NCBI GenBank assembly: GCA_951406725.2
Contig: OX597819.1
Coordinates: 78,554,001 to 78,618,000 of the forward strand
DNA length: 64,000 nucleotides
Reading direction: 5' to 3'
Source: Octopus vulgaris
Taxonomy: Eukaryota
Part shown: positions 1 to 13,171 of the stretch, piece by piece
How the letters are laid out: each line of letters starts with the position of its first letter
How positions within the stretch are numbered: position 1 is the stretch's first letter
The notes under the pieces: generated by a model
Seen by the model: only the letters and a program-made list of their open reading frames with translations
What the model was told of the DNA's origin: nothing
Database searches by the model: none
Program-made: the position numbers and the translations under genes

Positions 1-468
1 ACAAACGAGATCTACTGTGTGCAGCTTGAGCAGCTTAAGTCAGCAATAGAAGAAAAACAACCATCTTTGGTTTCAACACGAAAGGTACTCTTCCATCAGG
101 ATAATGCTTAACCACATACAGCGAGGACGACATTCCAAAGGCTGGAGTAGTTTGAATGGGAAACCATGCCCCACCCACCATATTCGCCGGACATTGCCTT
201 ATCTGATTATCATTTATTCTGCACTCTTCAAATTCATTTGGATGGTAAGAATGAATTCTGTGGACGAAGTCAGTACATTACTGGAGGAGTATTTTTCGTC
301 ACGAACGAGTAAATTTTGGAAGAGAGGCCTTGCAAGTCTACCAGATAGTTAGAGGAACACTGTAGAAAATGAAGGAGGGTATATTTTAGATAAAAGAACT
401 TAGTTTATCTTAATTTTGAAAAATAAAAGACGCATAAAAAAATCGCATTATTTAAGGGATGACCAAAT
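1..468 (+). mobile_element. Mariner (DD34D) transposon remnant: 3' transposase pseudogene plus right TIR; truncated by window start
   Basis: Frame 1 reads YCVQLEQLKSAIEEKQPSLVSTRKVLFHQDNA*PHT...EWETMPHPPYSPDIALSDYHLF; 34 residues between the DNA and SDY aspartates; two stops and a frameshift; TIR-like end AAATCGCATTATTTAAGGGATGACCAAA then TA. Confidence 0.93.
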
Positions 469-494
469 ATATGTATGTATGGCTGTCTGTCTGT

Positions 495-690
495 CTTTCC
501 GGTGTGTTTGTCCCCACCGGTTGGCAACTGGTGCTGGTTTGTTCACGTCCCTGCAATTTAGCGGTTCGGCAAAAGAGACCAATAGGATAAATACCAGACT
601 TAAAAGTACTGGGATCAAGTTGTTCGGCTAAACCCTTTAAGGCGATGCCCCAGTATGGTCACAGCCCAATGACTGGAACAAGTAAAATAT
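495..690 (+). mobile_element. SINE family A, degenerate 3' half
   Basis: Matches TTAGCGGTTCGGCAAAAGAGACC...GAAACAAGTAAAA seen in full copies (e.g. 21821-22198). Confidence 0.8.
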
Positions 691-699
691 AATAGACAG

Positions 700-980
700 T
701 CTATATGGAAAATACCATACTAACAGCAGAGATAGCAGATCCATTATTCCTGTAGATGTTTGCAAAGAATCTACCGAACGGTAATAGTGGAAGGGAAGAT
801 TATTAAATAATATTCCACCAATGTTAGCTTTGAAGATGGGACAAAGAGGAAATATGTGAAATTGTTCAGGAGTCCGTATGGAAGGTGAAGGAACATCCTA
901 ATCGGTTCTGCACCGAATTTGGTCCAATTAAAGACATCGATTATGGCAGGTGCCTCATGGGTGTTGCCAATAACATGTAG
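700..980 (+). pseudogene. Possible decayed LINE ORF1-like coding fragment
   Basis: Broken frames give KRKYVKLFRSPY and EFGPIKDIDYGRCLMGVANN, loosely resembling RRM-type ORF1p segments; several stops and shifts; resemblance only. Confidence 0.25.
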
Positions 981-1267
981 TGTGATACAACCTGAGGCAT
1001 GGTCGAGTCGCCGACGACTAAACGGGTTGTCGCACCAGGCTTGATTGGTGAAGATTCTTTGCTAGAAACTCAACAGGACAAAAGACAAGCTCTACGAAAA
1101 GAATAGAGAGATCCGACGGAGGGTCATCGAATATTCTAGTAGTATCGTAACGGCTAAGAAATTCCCCAGTTAATATCTGGTACTCTATAAGACCGCCAAG
1201 AATGACACACATTTTAGTCTTTGAGATAAGGCGCTACTGTGAGCTTTGGTAGAATCAACGGCATAAC

Positions 1268-1394
1268 CACTAGCCTAGCTGAAGTGTGTGCCGTCCGGGG
1301 CGGCCCTTCCGTTTGTCGCATATTGCCTACAGCAGACCCAAAAGTGCCGCCCAGAGTGGAACGCCCCTGCTGCCCCCAGCTAGCTACGCTAGTG
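1268..1394. mobile_element. hAT-type MITE (127 bp)
   Basis: TIRs CACTAGCCTAGCT / AGCTACGCTAGTG (12/13 complementary); perfect 8-bp TSD GGCATAAC at 1260-1267 and 1395-1402. Confidence 0.88.
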
Positions 1395-2206
1395 GGCATA
1401 ACTGAACAGGCGGTCTAAGTTCGGTAGTCTTGGTAGTTAGCCAGACTAAAAGGGCAATTTTGCGCGTACACCCTAACTTTCTGTAAGGACCTGCGAAAAG
1501 ATGAAAACTAAGAACATTAACCTTAATAGAAAATAGGATGAGAAGAGAATTGGCTTTGTTCATTTTGAAGAGCGCATGAAGACGCAAACGATGAGATTAC
1601 ATAACAATGGTTGTGTTTGAGGCTCGCTGTTTCGACCCTCAGCTCTGAGGAGGGAAATATTCATTCTAAGATATTGAAATGAAATGGTAGGGTGTGGGGG
1701 ACATATGAAATCCCCCCATTCACTATGGTAGAGTCAAAAACCATGAGTCACCTGCTAACTTACATATTACAGTAACTTCTTTTTTGTAATTTTTGTCCGG
1801 ATGATTCGAGAATGCAACGAGAGTGCGTAAAAAAAAAGAACGGTTTAATGGAGGGACACGAAATATAATCGATACAATGAAATCCTTTGAAACAAAAGAG
1901 TTAGCAAACATTTTAAAACCTTTTCATCATCATGATCCTCTTCTACCTCCTCCTCATCATCATCATTCATATTACTCTGCTACTGTAGCAATATTCACCA
2001 AATGCTAAGAATTATTACAGTCGTTGTGACACAGATACCCTGCCTCACATATATATAAGTGAACACCCACCCGCTCCCTCTGTATATATATATATATACA
2101 TACATATATGTGTATGAATAAATGGAAGGGAGAGTGAGATTCATACACACACATACACAATCTCAGAATTATTTGGTTGAAACTCGCCCCCCCACCTTAT
2201 TCCATT

Positions 2207-2240
<34 letters not shown>

Positions 2241-3279
2241 CCCCTCATTCTCTTCCTCTCTTTCGGAGCAAAAATCAAATCCAGAGACGAAGTAGGAAGG
2301 AAGAAAGCAAGAAGAAGAAGAATACGAAAAAAAAAAAAAAAGCCCAAAATGATGATTTAAACTTACTTTAGCTGAAGATAATTCCAAACAGTTATCCAAG
2401 TGGCAAAAGTTTGGAAAATCGTTTCGATAAAGAAAGAACGGAGAAAAAAGATGACATAAGAAAAAAAACCCCAAAGAACATAATACATATATATATAGTA
2501 TATATAATGTGTGTGTGTGTATATATATATATATATGTGTGTGTGTGTATATATATATATAATATATACATACAGAAAAGGAGAAATAAATATAAAAATT
2601 CGAAGGAAAAATTCTAGGATAGAATTGGTAAATAAAGAGGAAATATCATTGAAGATTTTTCTTCAATCACATATTAAAAAGGAGTGGGAGGGGGGGGAAT
2701 TGCTGTAATATATATGCAGATAGCCATACTCGGAGCGGCATATGTAACATGGTGTGTGCGTATATTGAGTATACATACATACACACATATAAACATTTAC
2801 ATGCATACATGTATATACACTCATGCAAACACACACACACATATATATACATATATATATACACTCATACATTCACACACACACACTGAGACATTAGCGA
2901 CGTGTGTTATCTATAAATAAGTGCGTGTGAGTGCATGCATATATGTGAGTGTGCGTGTATACACTGATGTGTATATATAAAAACTAATGTATATGTACCA
3001 ATATTAGGATATGCACAGATAAACACACACACACATATACTAGATAAGCTGGCATATACAGACACATACTGTGTGCGCATTGCACACACATACACACACA
3101 CAAGAAACTGTACCAATTGCTTATGTTGTATATAAATGCACACACACACACCACATGAAATTCTGCAATACATATAAAATGCATACAAAAATAATATAAG
3201 CTTATACAAACAACACGAACAAAGCAACATTAAACGAAAACACCAACGCCACTTCTCTCTGCCTCTCTCTCCTCATCCT

Positions 3280-3395
3280 CAATAATAATAATAATAATGA
3301 TAATAATAATAATAACAATAATAATAATAATGATAATAATAATGATGATAATAATAATGATAATAATAATGATAATAATGATAATAATAATAATG

Positions 3396-3429
<34 letters not shown>

Positions 3430-3490
3430 AGATAATAACAATAAGAATAATAATAATAATGATAATAATCATAATAATAATAATGATAAA
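3280..3490. repeat. (TAA/TGA)n trinucleotide microsatellite
   Basis: Direct reading; source of the poly-I/L/Y ORFs. Confidence 0.97.
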
Positions 3491-3887
3491 CGAGAATATA
3501 TAAAAAAAAAAGATGGCAGACCGTTATTATAGAGAAAGAAAATCGTAGTTGAAAAATCAATACATATTATATTGCACAAAAAACAACGGGAATAACAACA
3601 TGAATAATGAAACTGAAAATAAAATAATAAAACAATAAAATAACGTTGTAGACAAATATTTTCAAGATTATTGTAGAGTATCATCAGCAATAGCACCGTT
3701 ACAACAATAATACAATAATAATAACTACAACAACGATGTAACAGCAAAAGAGAAAAAAAAAATTGGAAATGGATAAATGAATGAAAACTCTAGAATAATC
3801 TGCAATTATTTCTTTTGAATTTAGAGAGACGAATAGAGCAGTTGTGTGTGAGTGTGTGTGGGGGGTGAATGGTTGTTGAGGGCAGTG

Positions 3888-3921
<34 letters not shown>

Positions 3922-3952
3922 ATGTATGTATGTATGTATGTATGTATGTATG

Positions 3953-3991
<39 letters not shown>

Positions 3992-4055
3992 ATGTACGTG
4001 ACCATATGTGTGGTTTTATTACATTCCTAGATCTATCTATCTATCTATCTATCTG

Positions 4056-4284
4056 TTTCTTTATTACCCACAAGGGGCTAAACACAGAGGGGACAAACAA
4101 GGACAGACAAACGGATTAAGTCAATTACATCGACCCCAGTGCGTAACTGGTACTTAATTTATCGACCCCGAAAGGATAAAAGGCAAAGTCGACCTCGGCG
4201 GAATTTGAACTCAGAACGTAACGGCAGACGAAATACGACTACGCATTTCGCCCGGTGTGCTAACGTTTCTGCCAGCTCACCGCC
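4056..4284 (-). mobile_element. SINE family B monomer (tRNA-like head, Meta-domain-like core)
   Basis: Minus strand GGCGGTGAGCTGGCAGAAACGTTAG (A-box-like)...GAGTTCAAATTCC (B-box-like)...CCTTTCGGGGTCGATAAATTAAGTACC; sits in an (ATCT)n tract. Confidence 0.9.
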
Positions 4285-4813
4285 TTATCTATCTATCTGT
4301 CTGTCTATCAATGAGTGTGTATATGTATGTGAGTGTGTGTGTGTGTGTGTGTGGGGGGGGTTATTTAATGGCAGTTTCATTCGGCTCCATGCATCTGGAT
4401 GTTTCGTAGGCTCGTCAAACGAAACTATCCCATCAGGCTCGTAGAGAGACGGGCAGAGAATGGGGAGAGAGGGGGAAAGAAGGGGAGGGAAAAACCGAGT
4501 CACACAGACAGAGAAGGAAGGAGAGAGAGAGAAGGAAGCACAGAGAAAAAAAAGGGAGAGAGAGAAAGAGACAGAGAGAGAAGAAAAATAGAGTGAGATG
4601 GAGGAGGGAGAGAAAGGACAGAGATAGATAGATAGAGAGAGAGAGAGAGGGAGGGAGAGAGAGAGAGAGAAGGAGAGAGAGAGAAAGTGCTACGTGATCA
4701 GCGAAGAGGAAAAGCGAAACTCGGACTAGCGAAAATAACCTTCATAAGACGATTAATATTTACACTCAATTTGCGCATTGTGTGCTTTACCTCGTTTCTA
4801 AATTCAAACGAAT

Positions 4814-4869
<56 letters not shown>

Positions 4870-5360
4870 TCACACAATATATACACGCATTTATGTGAAA
4901 CGAAAACTTTCATTAAATTACAACACAGGTATACAACATCGATTTTCCAAACAAAGCCTTTTCCGTCTTATGATTTTCCCGAGCAAGAAGTGGTCACTTT
5001 AGTCAACACTCGCTCTAAATTAAACACATTAAATTTACTTAAACAATTCAATGAAATACATTGGACATTAGTGCTTGGACATTAGTTTAGATTAGTGCGG
5101 ATTATATGTGGTGCGGGCCATTATTAGTATGCCAAAAAGTCGGTCTTGCATTCTTACATTCTTTTATACTTTCACTTGTTTCGGTCTTTTGTCTGCGGGT
5201 TTTTAGCCGTAGAAATCGACACCCAGGATTTATTGCTTGTAAGCCTAGTACTTGTTCTATCGGTTCTCTTTTGCCGAACCGCTACGTTACGGGGAGGTAA
5301 ACGCACCAGCACCCGTTTTCAAATGACGGCGGTGGGACAAACAAGTAAACACACACACAT

Positions 5361-5391
<31 letters not shown>

Positions 5392-5791
5392 ATATATATA
5401 TAGTAAAGTAAGAAATAGAAAAATCTTTGGTACAGTGTTATATATTTGAAAAAAAATTAATACAAATGGCTTCTCTGATCAGAAAAGCCATTTGTATTCC
5501 TTTTTTTTTTTTGCAAATATAAATAAGTATATGGGTTTCTTTCAGTTTTCGTCTACCAAATCTACTCACAGGGTTTGGTCGGCCCGAAGCTATAGTAGAA
5601 GACTCTTGCTCAAGGTACCATGCAGTGGGACTGAACCCAGAACCATGTGGCTGGGAAGCAAACTTCTTACTACAGTTTATTACGTGTAACAATATAAGTA
5701 ATTTTAGTAGAGAGACGAATAATATGGTAAAGTAACAAAAGTCTACAAACACTATCTATAACAACAAGAACATGAGCAAAACCATTATGGT

Positions 5792-5834
<43 letters not shown>

Positions 5835-5835
<1 letters not shown>

Positions 5836-6014
5836 TCTTTTACTTGTTTCAGTCATTTGACTGCGGCCATGCTGGAGCACCATCTTTTAGTCGAGCAAAT
5901 CGACCCCAGGGCAATCCTAGTACTTATTCTATCGGTTTATTTTGCCGAACCGCTAAGTTACGGGGACGTAAACACACCAGCATCGGTTGTCAAGCGATGT
6001 TGGGGTGACAAACT

Positions 6015-6045
<31 letters not shown>

Positions 6046-6195
6046 CTACGACGGGCTTCTTTCAGTTTCCGTCTAACAAATCCACTCACAAGGCTCTGGT
6101 CGGCCCGAGGCTATAGTAGAAGACACCTGCCCAAAGTGCCACGCAGTGGGACTGAACCCGGAACCATGTGGCTGGTAAGCAAGCTACTTACCACA
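5835..6195 (-). mobile_element. SINE family A, near full length
   Basis: tRNA-like head GGTTCCGGGTTCAGTCCCACTGCG, central (TA/TG)n, tail GAAACAAGTAAAAGAG; flanked by (TA)n; further degenerate halves at about 5155-5360 and 5530-5672. Confidence 0.92.
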
Positions 6196-6879
6196 TATAT
6201 ATATATAAACTTTGGGAAAACAAATTTCCAAATCAATCAGGTGTAACCCGACAGCGTTATATGCATCTACATATCGTACTTTGGGGTCTCAATGCGTGAT
6301 TAATTCAAAACAATATGAATAAATACGCATCATATTTGACAGACAAATTTGAATGCTAAAGGGTTACCCATCGAATGATTACGAGGGTTTAGTGAAGTAA
6401 TTTAGGAATTAAAAGGGTCCATAGGTGAAAAATGGTTGAGAACCATCGCTCTAACAATTCTGCGCCTTAATAATAATGATCGGTAATATAAGCACAAGAT
6501 CGATAAGTTTGGGGGTTGATTCCTTCGACCATCATACTAGACTATTTAGTAATACCTTATTCTATCGACTCCAGCGGAATAAAAGACAACTGCTGCATGG
6601 CATTTTGTCTGACGCCCTAACGGTTCTGCAAAACCATCGCTGTTTTCCAATTCATTGTTTCCAATGTAGGTACAACTGCAGCAAATTTCGAAGGGAGGAT
6701 ATTAGTGGATTGCATTGACCCCAGTATTTTAGTTATCAACACTCTCTCCACCACCTCCCGCGCTGGAATGATAGGCAAAGATGGTTTCGATGGTATTTGA
6801 ATTCTGAACTTAAAGAGCCAGAGAAGAAGAAACAACAATAAGAATTACAACCGCCGTGCAATAAGTTTATATATTATAT

Positions 6880-7230
6880 TGTCTCCCACCACCGCTTGAC
6901 AACCGGTGTTGGTGTTTTTACGTCCTAACAACTTAGCTCTTCGGCAAAAGAGATCCGAACAGCTAATTATCGATCTTGTGCCTATATTACCGATCATTAT
7001 TATTAAGGCGCAGGATTGTTAGAGCGATGGTTCTCAACCATTTTTCATCTATGGACCCTTTTAATTCCCATTTTCCTTCACTAAATAAGGGGCAGGCTTA
7101 AGAAAAAACAAAAACAACAAAAAAACAAAACAAAGAGAATGAAAAGAAATTAGATCTGGGACAGATTCATTCGGCTAAAACTTCAAGGCGGTGCTCCAGC
7201 ATGGCCGCAGTCTGACTCAAAACAAATAAG
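6880..7230 (+). mobile_element. SINE family A 3' half interrupted by a 119-bp inverted insertion
   Basis: CGCTTGACAACCGGTG...GGCAAAAGAGA before 6967 and AGGCTT...GGCGGTGCTCCAGCATGGCCGCAGTC after 7085. Confidence 0.8.
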
Positions 7231-7846
7231 AAATAAGGAATAAAACATATCGATAAGCCAACGGGGAAAAAAAAAGTAATAAAGAAAAAGTAAATGAGGA
7301 TACCAAATAAAAAAATTTTTTTTAAATTAAAAGAAGTTGATGCAGAATTATGTATATTATAAAAAAAAAACAAATAATAACAGCAACAACAAAAAAAGCT
7401 TTTGTTTGTTTTTCAATTAATCTATGTTATATCTAGAGCAATCAGTGAAGCGTGAACATATAGGGACGACGATGATGACGATAGTAAAGCTTATGGGATT
7501 GGTGGTGGTGAAGTGATGGTAGAGAGACTACGGTGGGAGAAGCAAAGAAGTTTAAAAAACAACGAGAGCAAGGAGAGGGGGGTAAGAGAATGAACGAGAC
7601 ACGTATATGTGGTGTGTATATGTGGTGTGTGTGTGTGTGTTTGTGTGTTTTGTATGATGTTTGTTGTATCGTTTTGTTTATATAAGTTTTCGATTTTGTC
7701 TGCTTTCATTTTATTTTATCTTTTCTTTTTGGTTCCTTTTCTTTGTTGCTGTAGTTTAAGATGTTTTTATTTTGTATAAGGAAAAGGCAAACTTAAAACT
7801 TACTCTGCTCACATCACAGCATCAACACAAACATTAAATATGTGTG

Positions 7847-7878
<32 letters not shown>

Positions 7879-8005
7879 GTATATATTTATATATGCATAT
7901 ATTTTCAAATATATATTTTGTATACATATATACACACACATACATATTCCAACATATATACAAATACACATACACACACACATATATATATAAATATATA
8001 TATAC

Positions 8006-8042
<37 letters not shown>

Positions 8043-8296
8043 CATACATATACATATATATACACACACATACATATACATATATATACACACACATACA
8101 TACATATACAAATATGTACATATACACATACATACATATATATACACACACACATATATACATGTATATTTACACATATACATAGATACACATATATACA
8201 TACCTATACAAAAACATACATACATACATACCTAGACATATACAGACATACATAACACACATATACATACTCATATAATCAGAAGGGTATATACAC

Positions 8297-8341
<45 letters not shown>

Positions 8342-8561
8342 ATGTTTACTTAAACTATTTATTTGTTAATAATTAAGGGAAAGAGGATGGAGAGAAAGAG
8401 GCGCAGTGGGTGTTAATGTACAGATTACACGTGAGTGTTTATTTTAGCGACGGAGGAGATCAGAGTACAAAAAGGGAGGTCAAGTTAGGGCTTCAGGGGA
8501 TATTGAAGTCAGGTCAAACTGGAGCAAAAAAAAAGTCATCCTAAATGTAAATATAATTACG

Positions 8562-8595
<34 letters not shown>

Positions 8596-9042
8596 TGTGT
8601 GAAGCAACATAAGAAGGGGATAAAGGCGTGAAAGTAGAGAAACAGCAGAAAAGCTATTTAGGAGTAAGAACGAAAAAGGGATTTCGAGGGTGGATAATGA
8701 ATTAGAGTGTGAATTTCAGTTATAATACATGTTTATTTATAAAGGCATATGGCGATATGCATATAACCGTTTATTGGTCTATCTATCTACCTACCTATCT
8801 ATCTATCGACACACACACACACATACAGGTACCATATTTGATAGTAAAAAGTTTGCTTCTCAAACACATGGTTCTGGGTTCAATCCCACTATACGGCATC
8901 TTGGGCAGGTATCTCCTTCAATAGCTTCGGGCCGACCAAAGCCTTTGTGAGTCGCTTTGGCAAACGGAAACTGAAAGAAGCCAATCACACACAGACGCAG
9001 ACACTCAAAACACACACACACACAAAAACATATATATATATA

Positions 9043-10283
9043 AAGGGTGCGGTGAATAATCTGTCGTCTAAATTACGCAAATTTACCAAAATTACATAAA
9101 AAATATCTTGAAATACTAAAGAGGAAATTTATTCAATAAAATCGCCATTGCCTTTAACCACGGCCTACAGACGAGTTCGGAATCTCCTGCAACTCTTCTG
9201 GACGGTCTCCTAGTTTGAATTAGTGACTGCTGCTATAATCTTTGTCTTCAGTTCATCTTTGGTGTTTCAAGGAGTTTTGTACACTACACAAAATAATCAA
9301 GGTGGTTGCAGTCTGGGGAGTTAGGTGGCCAGATGTTAGGTGTGATGTGGTCGCAGAAATTGTCTGACAGCCATGACTGGATTCTCCTGTTTGTGTGGCA
9401 TAGTGCAGAGACCTATTGCCAGACATAGAGTCTTCCTGCAGCCACCCTCTTGGTCCAAGGCAGTACTACCTCCTCCGGGTGCTTGAAGTAGGCTTCCGTG
9501 TTGATTCTCAGACCATGTGGGAAGATGAATGGAGGCATAACGTCGCCACCACTAGTGATCACTCCAAACACCATGATGTTGACCCAATGTTTGATTTTCA
9601 TCACTCTCGGTACATGCTTTGGGGCATGGTAAGCCACCGGCTGCTCTGTGTGTTCACCATCTGATCCTGGCAGAAATTTTTCTCGTCTGAGAAAAATCAA
9701 AGCATGTTCAGTTGGAGGGGATACTTGAGTTTGTTCAAAAGCTTCGTAGCGCGGTCTTTCCATTTATCCTCGATGGCTTGGGATAAAAATTAGCCCTTTT
9801 CCATCTTGTATGAGCAATACCGAATGTCTTCAGGCACTATCTGCCTGATAAGAAACTCAGACACTCCCATGTCCCTGGCAATGGACCTGACTGACGTGGA
9901 GGGATCGTTGTCAATCATGGCTTGGATCTCATCAACAGATTCAGGAGTTCTTTTCTTATCAGAACGATCAGAGTGAGTTTTCAGAGCTGTCGTACCTTCG
10001 TGATCAACATTAGACTCATCCAATTCTTTCTAAATCCTCTGCACTGTCCTCAGATTGACACCCAAACAGTCTGAAATGTTCGCATTGGAACTTCCGGTGC
10101 AAATGCCAAGCAGTACAACATGTCGTTTCCAAATTTCTGGCAGAGTGATGTGTCATGGTGACGTTTTTCTCACAGACGGTGCCCAACTGACCCTACTATA
10201 TTGTGTCGTCGACAAAACCAAAAACAATGCGCATGTGTGAAATAAAAAATATAAAATGGCGACAATTTACCCATCACACCCTG
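9043..10283 (-). mobile_element. maT (DD37D) transposon, near full length, inactivated
   Basis: TA-flanked imperfect TIRs (C/A)AGGGTG; minus strand IMVFGVITSGGDVMPPFIF...WQ*VSALCH...WPPNSPDCNHLDYFV with 37 residues between catalytic positions; HTH-like DPSTSVRSIARDMGVSEFLIR (ORF 9790-10023). Confidence 0.92.
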
Positions 10284-10644
10284 TACATACAGTCATAAAT
10301 ATACAATCATGAAATCGCGCGCGCACTCATTACGCCTCTCCCTTTCGCCGACGTTAATCACACTGACAAGACAAATATGATATATAACGGTTTAATAAAT
10401 GATTAAATATAATTAAATATGCATATGTAGAATATTTTTCACAAGATATCTTACATCAAATCCATAATTTTTTGAATTCAATTAAATCAGAATTTTAATT
10501 TTTCATTTTAAATTCAGTTCGAGGTGAAACCTCATTATTTTAATCATTGTGTCATCTAGACTAGCGGATGTTGTTATATACCGCTTGTTACAATGCGCTT
10601 CCTCGTATTGTTGTAGCTTTCGAGTGATGCTACTCCTCTGGCTT

Positions 10645-10865
10645 GTGGAAGACGCGTGGCTTAGTCGTTAGGGTGTAGGACTCCTGATCGTATGATCGTC
10701 GTTTCGATTCCTGGTCGGGGCGACGTGTTATGTTCTTGAACAAAACACTTCATTTCACGTTGCTCCAGTTCACTCAGCTGGCAAAAATGAGTAATCCTGC
10801 GACGGGCCGGCGTCCAGTCCAGGGATTGGTGGAATATATGAGCCATAGAAACCGAGAAACCGGTC
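10645..10865 (+). mobile_element. SINE family C (tRNA-derived head)
   Basis: GCGTGGCTTAGTCGTTAGGG (A box)...GTTTCGATTCC (B box), then CCTGCGACGGGCCGGCGTCCAGTCCAGGG. Confidence 0.82.
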
Positions 10866-10949
10866 GTTAATACTCGAGAAGGAATCTTTACCTTATCCCG
10901 CTTGCTGGCGGGCAGACAGTTAGGCAGGTAGGCAGGCCAACATTCTCCC

Positions 10950-11108
10950 TGGGAGAAACGCCAGTCCGTCCGAAGGTTACTCATTTACAGCTGAGTGGGT
11001 TTGGAGTAATGTGAAGCAAAATGTTTTGCTCAACAATTCAACGCACCGCCGGTCTGGGAATCGAAACCACTATCTTGCAGTCATGAGTGCAACACCCTAA
11101 CTACTAGG
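10950..11108 (-). mobile_element. SINE family C, inverted relative to 10645-10865
   Basis: Reverse complement of the head: GGGAATCGAAACC...CACCCTAACTACTAGG. Confidence 0.78.
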
Positions 11109-11112
11109 CTTT

Positions 11113-11699
11113 CTCTTTTACTCTTTTACTTGTTTCAGTCATTTGACTGCGGCCATGCTGGAGCACCGCATTTAGTCGAGCAAATCGACCCCAGGACGTA
11201 AGCCTAGTACTTATTCTATCGGTCTCTTTGCCGAACCGCTAAGTTACGGGGACGTAAACACACCAGAATCGGTTGTCAAGCGGTGCTGGGCGGACAAACG
11301 CAGACACACAAACATATACACACACATACACATATGTATACATATATATGACGGGCTTCTTTCAGTTTCCGTCTACCAAATCCACTCACAAGGCACCTTG
11401 GGCAAGTGTTTTCTACTATAGCCACAGGCCGACCAAAGCCTTGTGAGTGGATTTGCTAGACGGAAACTGAAAGAAACTCGTCATATACACACTCACACGT
11501 GTGTGTGTTTGTTCCCTCCATCACCATTTAACAACCGATGATGGTGTCCCTGTAACTTAGCAGTTCTGCAAAAGTGACGGATAGAAGAAGTACTAGGCTT
11601 TAAAAAAATTAGGCCTGGGATTGATTCGTTCGACTAAAAAATCCCTTCAAGGCGGTGCTCCAGTATGGCTGCAGTCAAATGAGTGAAACAAGTAAAAGA
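11113..11699. mobile_element. Two SINE A copies fused head-to-head (minus 11113-11394, plus 11392-11699)
   Basis: Minus copy stops at CACTCACAAGGC and plus copy starts at GGCACCTTGGGCAAGTG, overlapping at GGC. Confidence 0.88.
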
Positions 11700-12520
11700 A
11701 GGAGCCATATATACATATATATATATATGTTATATAAAGAGAGAGAGAGAGAGGGGGGGAAGGGGAGAAATTCGACATTCGATACACGTGGGCAAAATTA
11801 TTTTACTTTTTCCCTCCTTTTCATTTCGTTTTTCAGGATGCTCTTGACAAAAAGTGGAATAAGCAAATTCCTTGCTTGAACAAAATTCATTCATCAGAAG
11901 CCAACTCCATGGGAACAGTCATTGAAAAAGTGATGATGTCACCTTACTAACCTCAAACACTGCGCGTTAACACAGACTGGCAGTCGATTATATCGACACA
12001 AAAAAGTCGACTTGAACTTTGTGGACTCCCAGAAGGGCGAAGCACAAAGATGACCTCCGAGAAATTTGACCTTCCGACATAAAGTACTACAAAAATCACC
12101 GCGAAGCACTTTATCCGATGCTTTCCGGATTCTACCAATCAACGCTTTCTCCAAGATTTAGGATTACATTATTCAATGTGTCCTTCTTTTATCACAGATG
12201 ACAGGGTGTGATCTGAGGAAGATTTAGCTGCATTTTTTTTAACAGGGGTTAATCACCAACTTTGTATTTTAGCAGAGAACGAAAAGAAAATGCATTATTT
12301 CTGTTGTTGTTATTGTTCAACCCCGAGTCAACCTCGATACGATGTGGTTTCAGGGAAATTTTGCTGAAACTGTATTCACCGTAATCCATAGCCCTTAACT
12401 GACGTTTTCTTCGCTGGAGAGGATCCAGTGGCCATAGTCGCTGACAAGAGAGGTCCTTGTCACTGAAGTTCCAGGTGAGATCTCAGTCGTTGACGTTTAA
12501 CTTAAACTTGAGAGAGCGAG

Positions 12521-13171
12521 AATATTGGAAGAGTATTAGTACTTGGAGAAACGCTACAAATAAGGGCTAAAAATTATTAGATGACGTGTTTAGCGCAGGG
12601 GCTGAACAAGGCATTGAATAATTTAGTCTGAAGTTAAACTTTGTCGAAAACTAAATGCAGAATAATCATGGCCAAAAAAAAAAACCGCCTATAAAAACCT
12701 ATACAGTCCCATAAGGTCCGATCAGGTCGTTTGATCACAGCTGACTGGAGTTCAACAATAACAACATCGGAATCGTAGGACGTAGATTAATCCAAAGTTT
12801 CCGGCCTTTAGTCACGTGACTACGTTTATAAAAATGAATTGGATCAACTGACAAAATATTGGAAGAGTATTAGCAGTTAGAGGTACGTTGCAAATGAGGG
12901 CTAAAAATTATTAGATGAAGTGTTTAGCGCAGGGGTATATGGCGGCGCAGGTAGAGCTGAAGAACGCATTGAATAATGTAAACTTCATGGAAAGCTAAAT
13001 GCAGGATGATTATGGCCAAAACCGCCTATAAAGTCCTGTTCAGTCCCATAAGGTCTTTGATCACATCAAATAACAGTAACATCGGGATTGTAGGGCATAA
13101 ATTAATCTAAAGTTTCAGCTTTTAGTCACATGATTGCGTTTATTATAATGAATTGTATTAATTGGCAAAAT
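12521..13171. repeat. Diverged tandem duplication, 334-bp spacing
   Basis: AATATTGGAAGAGTATTAG at 12521 and 12855, with collinear shared blocks GGGCTAAAAATTATTAGATGA, CAGTCCCATAAGGTC, TTTAGTCAC. Confidence 0.9.

Noticed and set aside
5794-6246. Recurrent peptides such as RRASFSFRLPNPLTRLWSARGYSRRHLPKVPRSGTEPGTMWLVSKLLTT
   Set aside because: Antisense translation of SINE A found at many copies; not a gene family.
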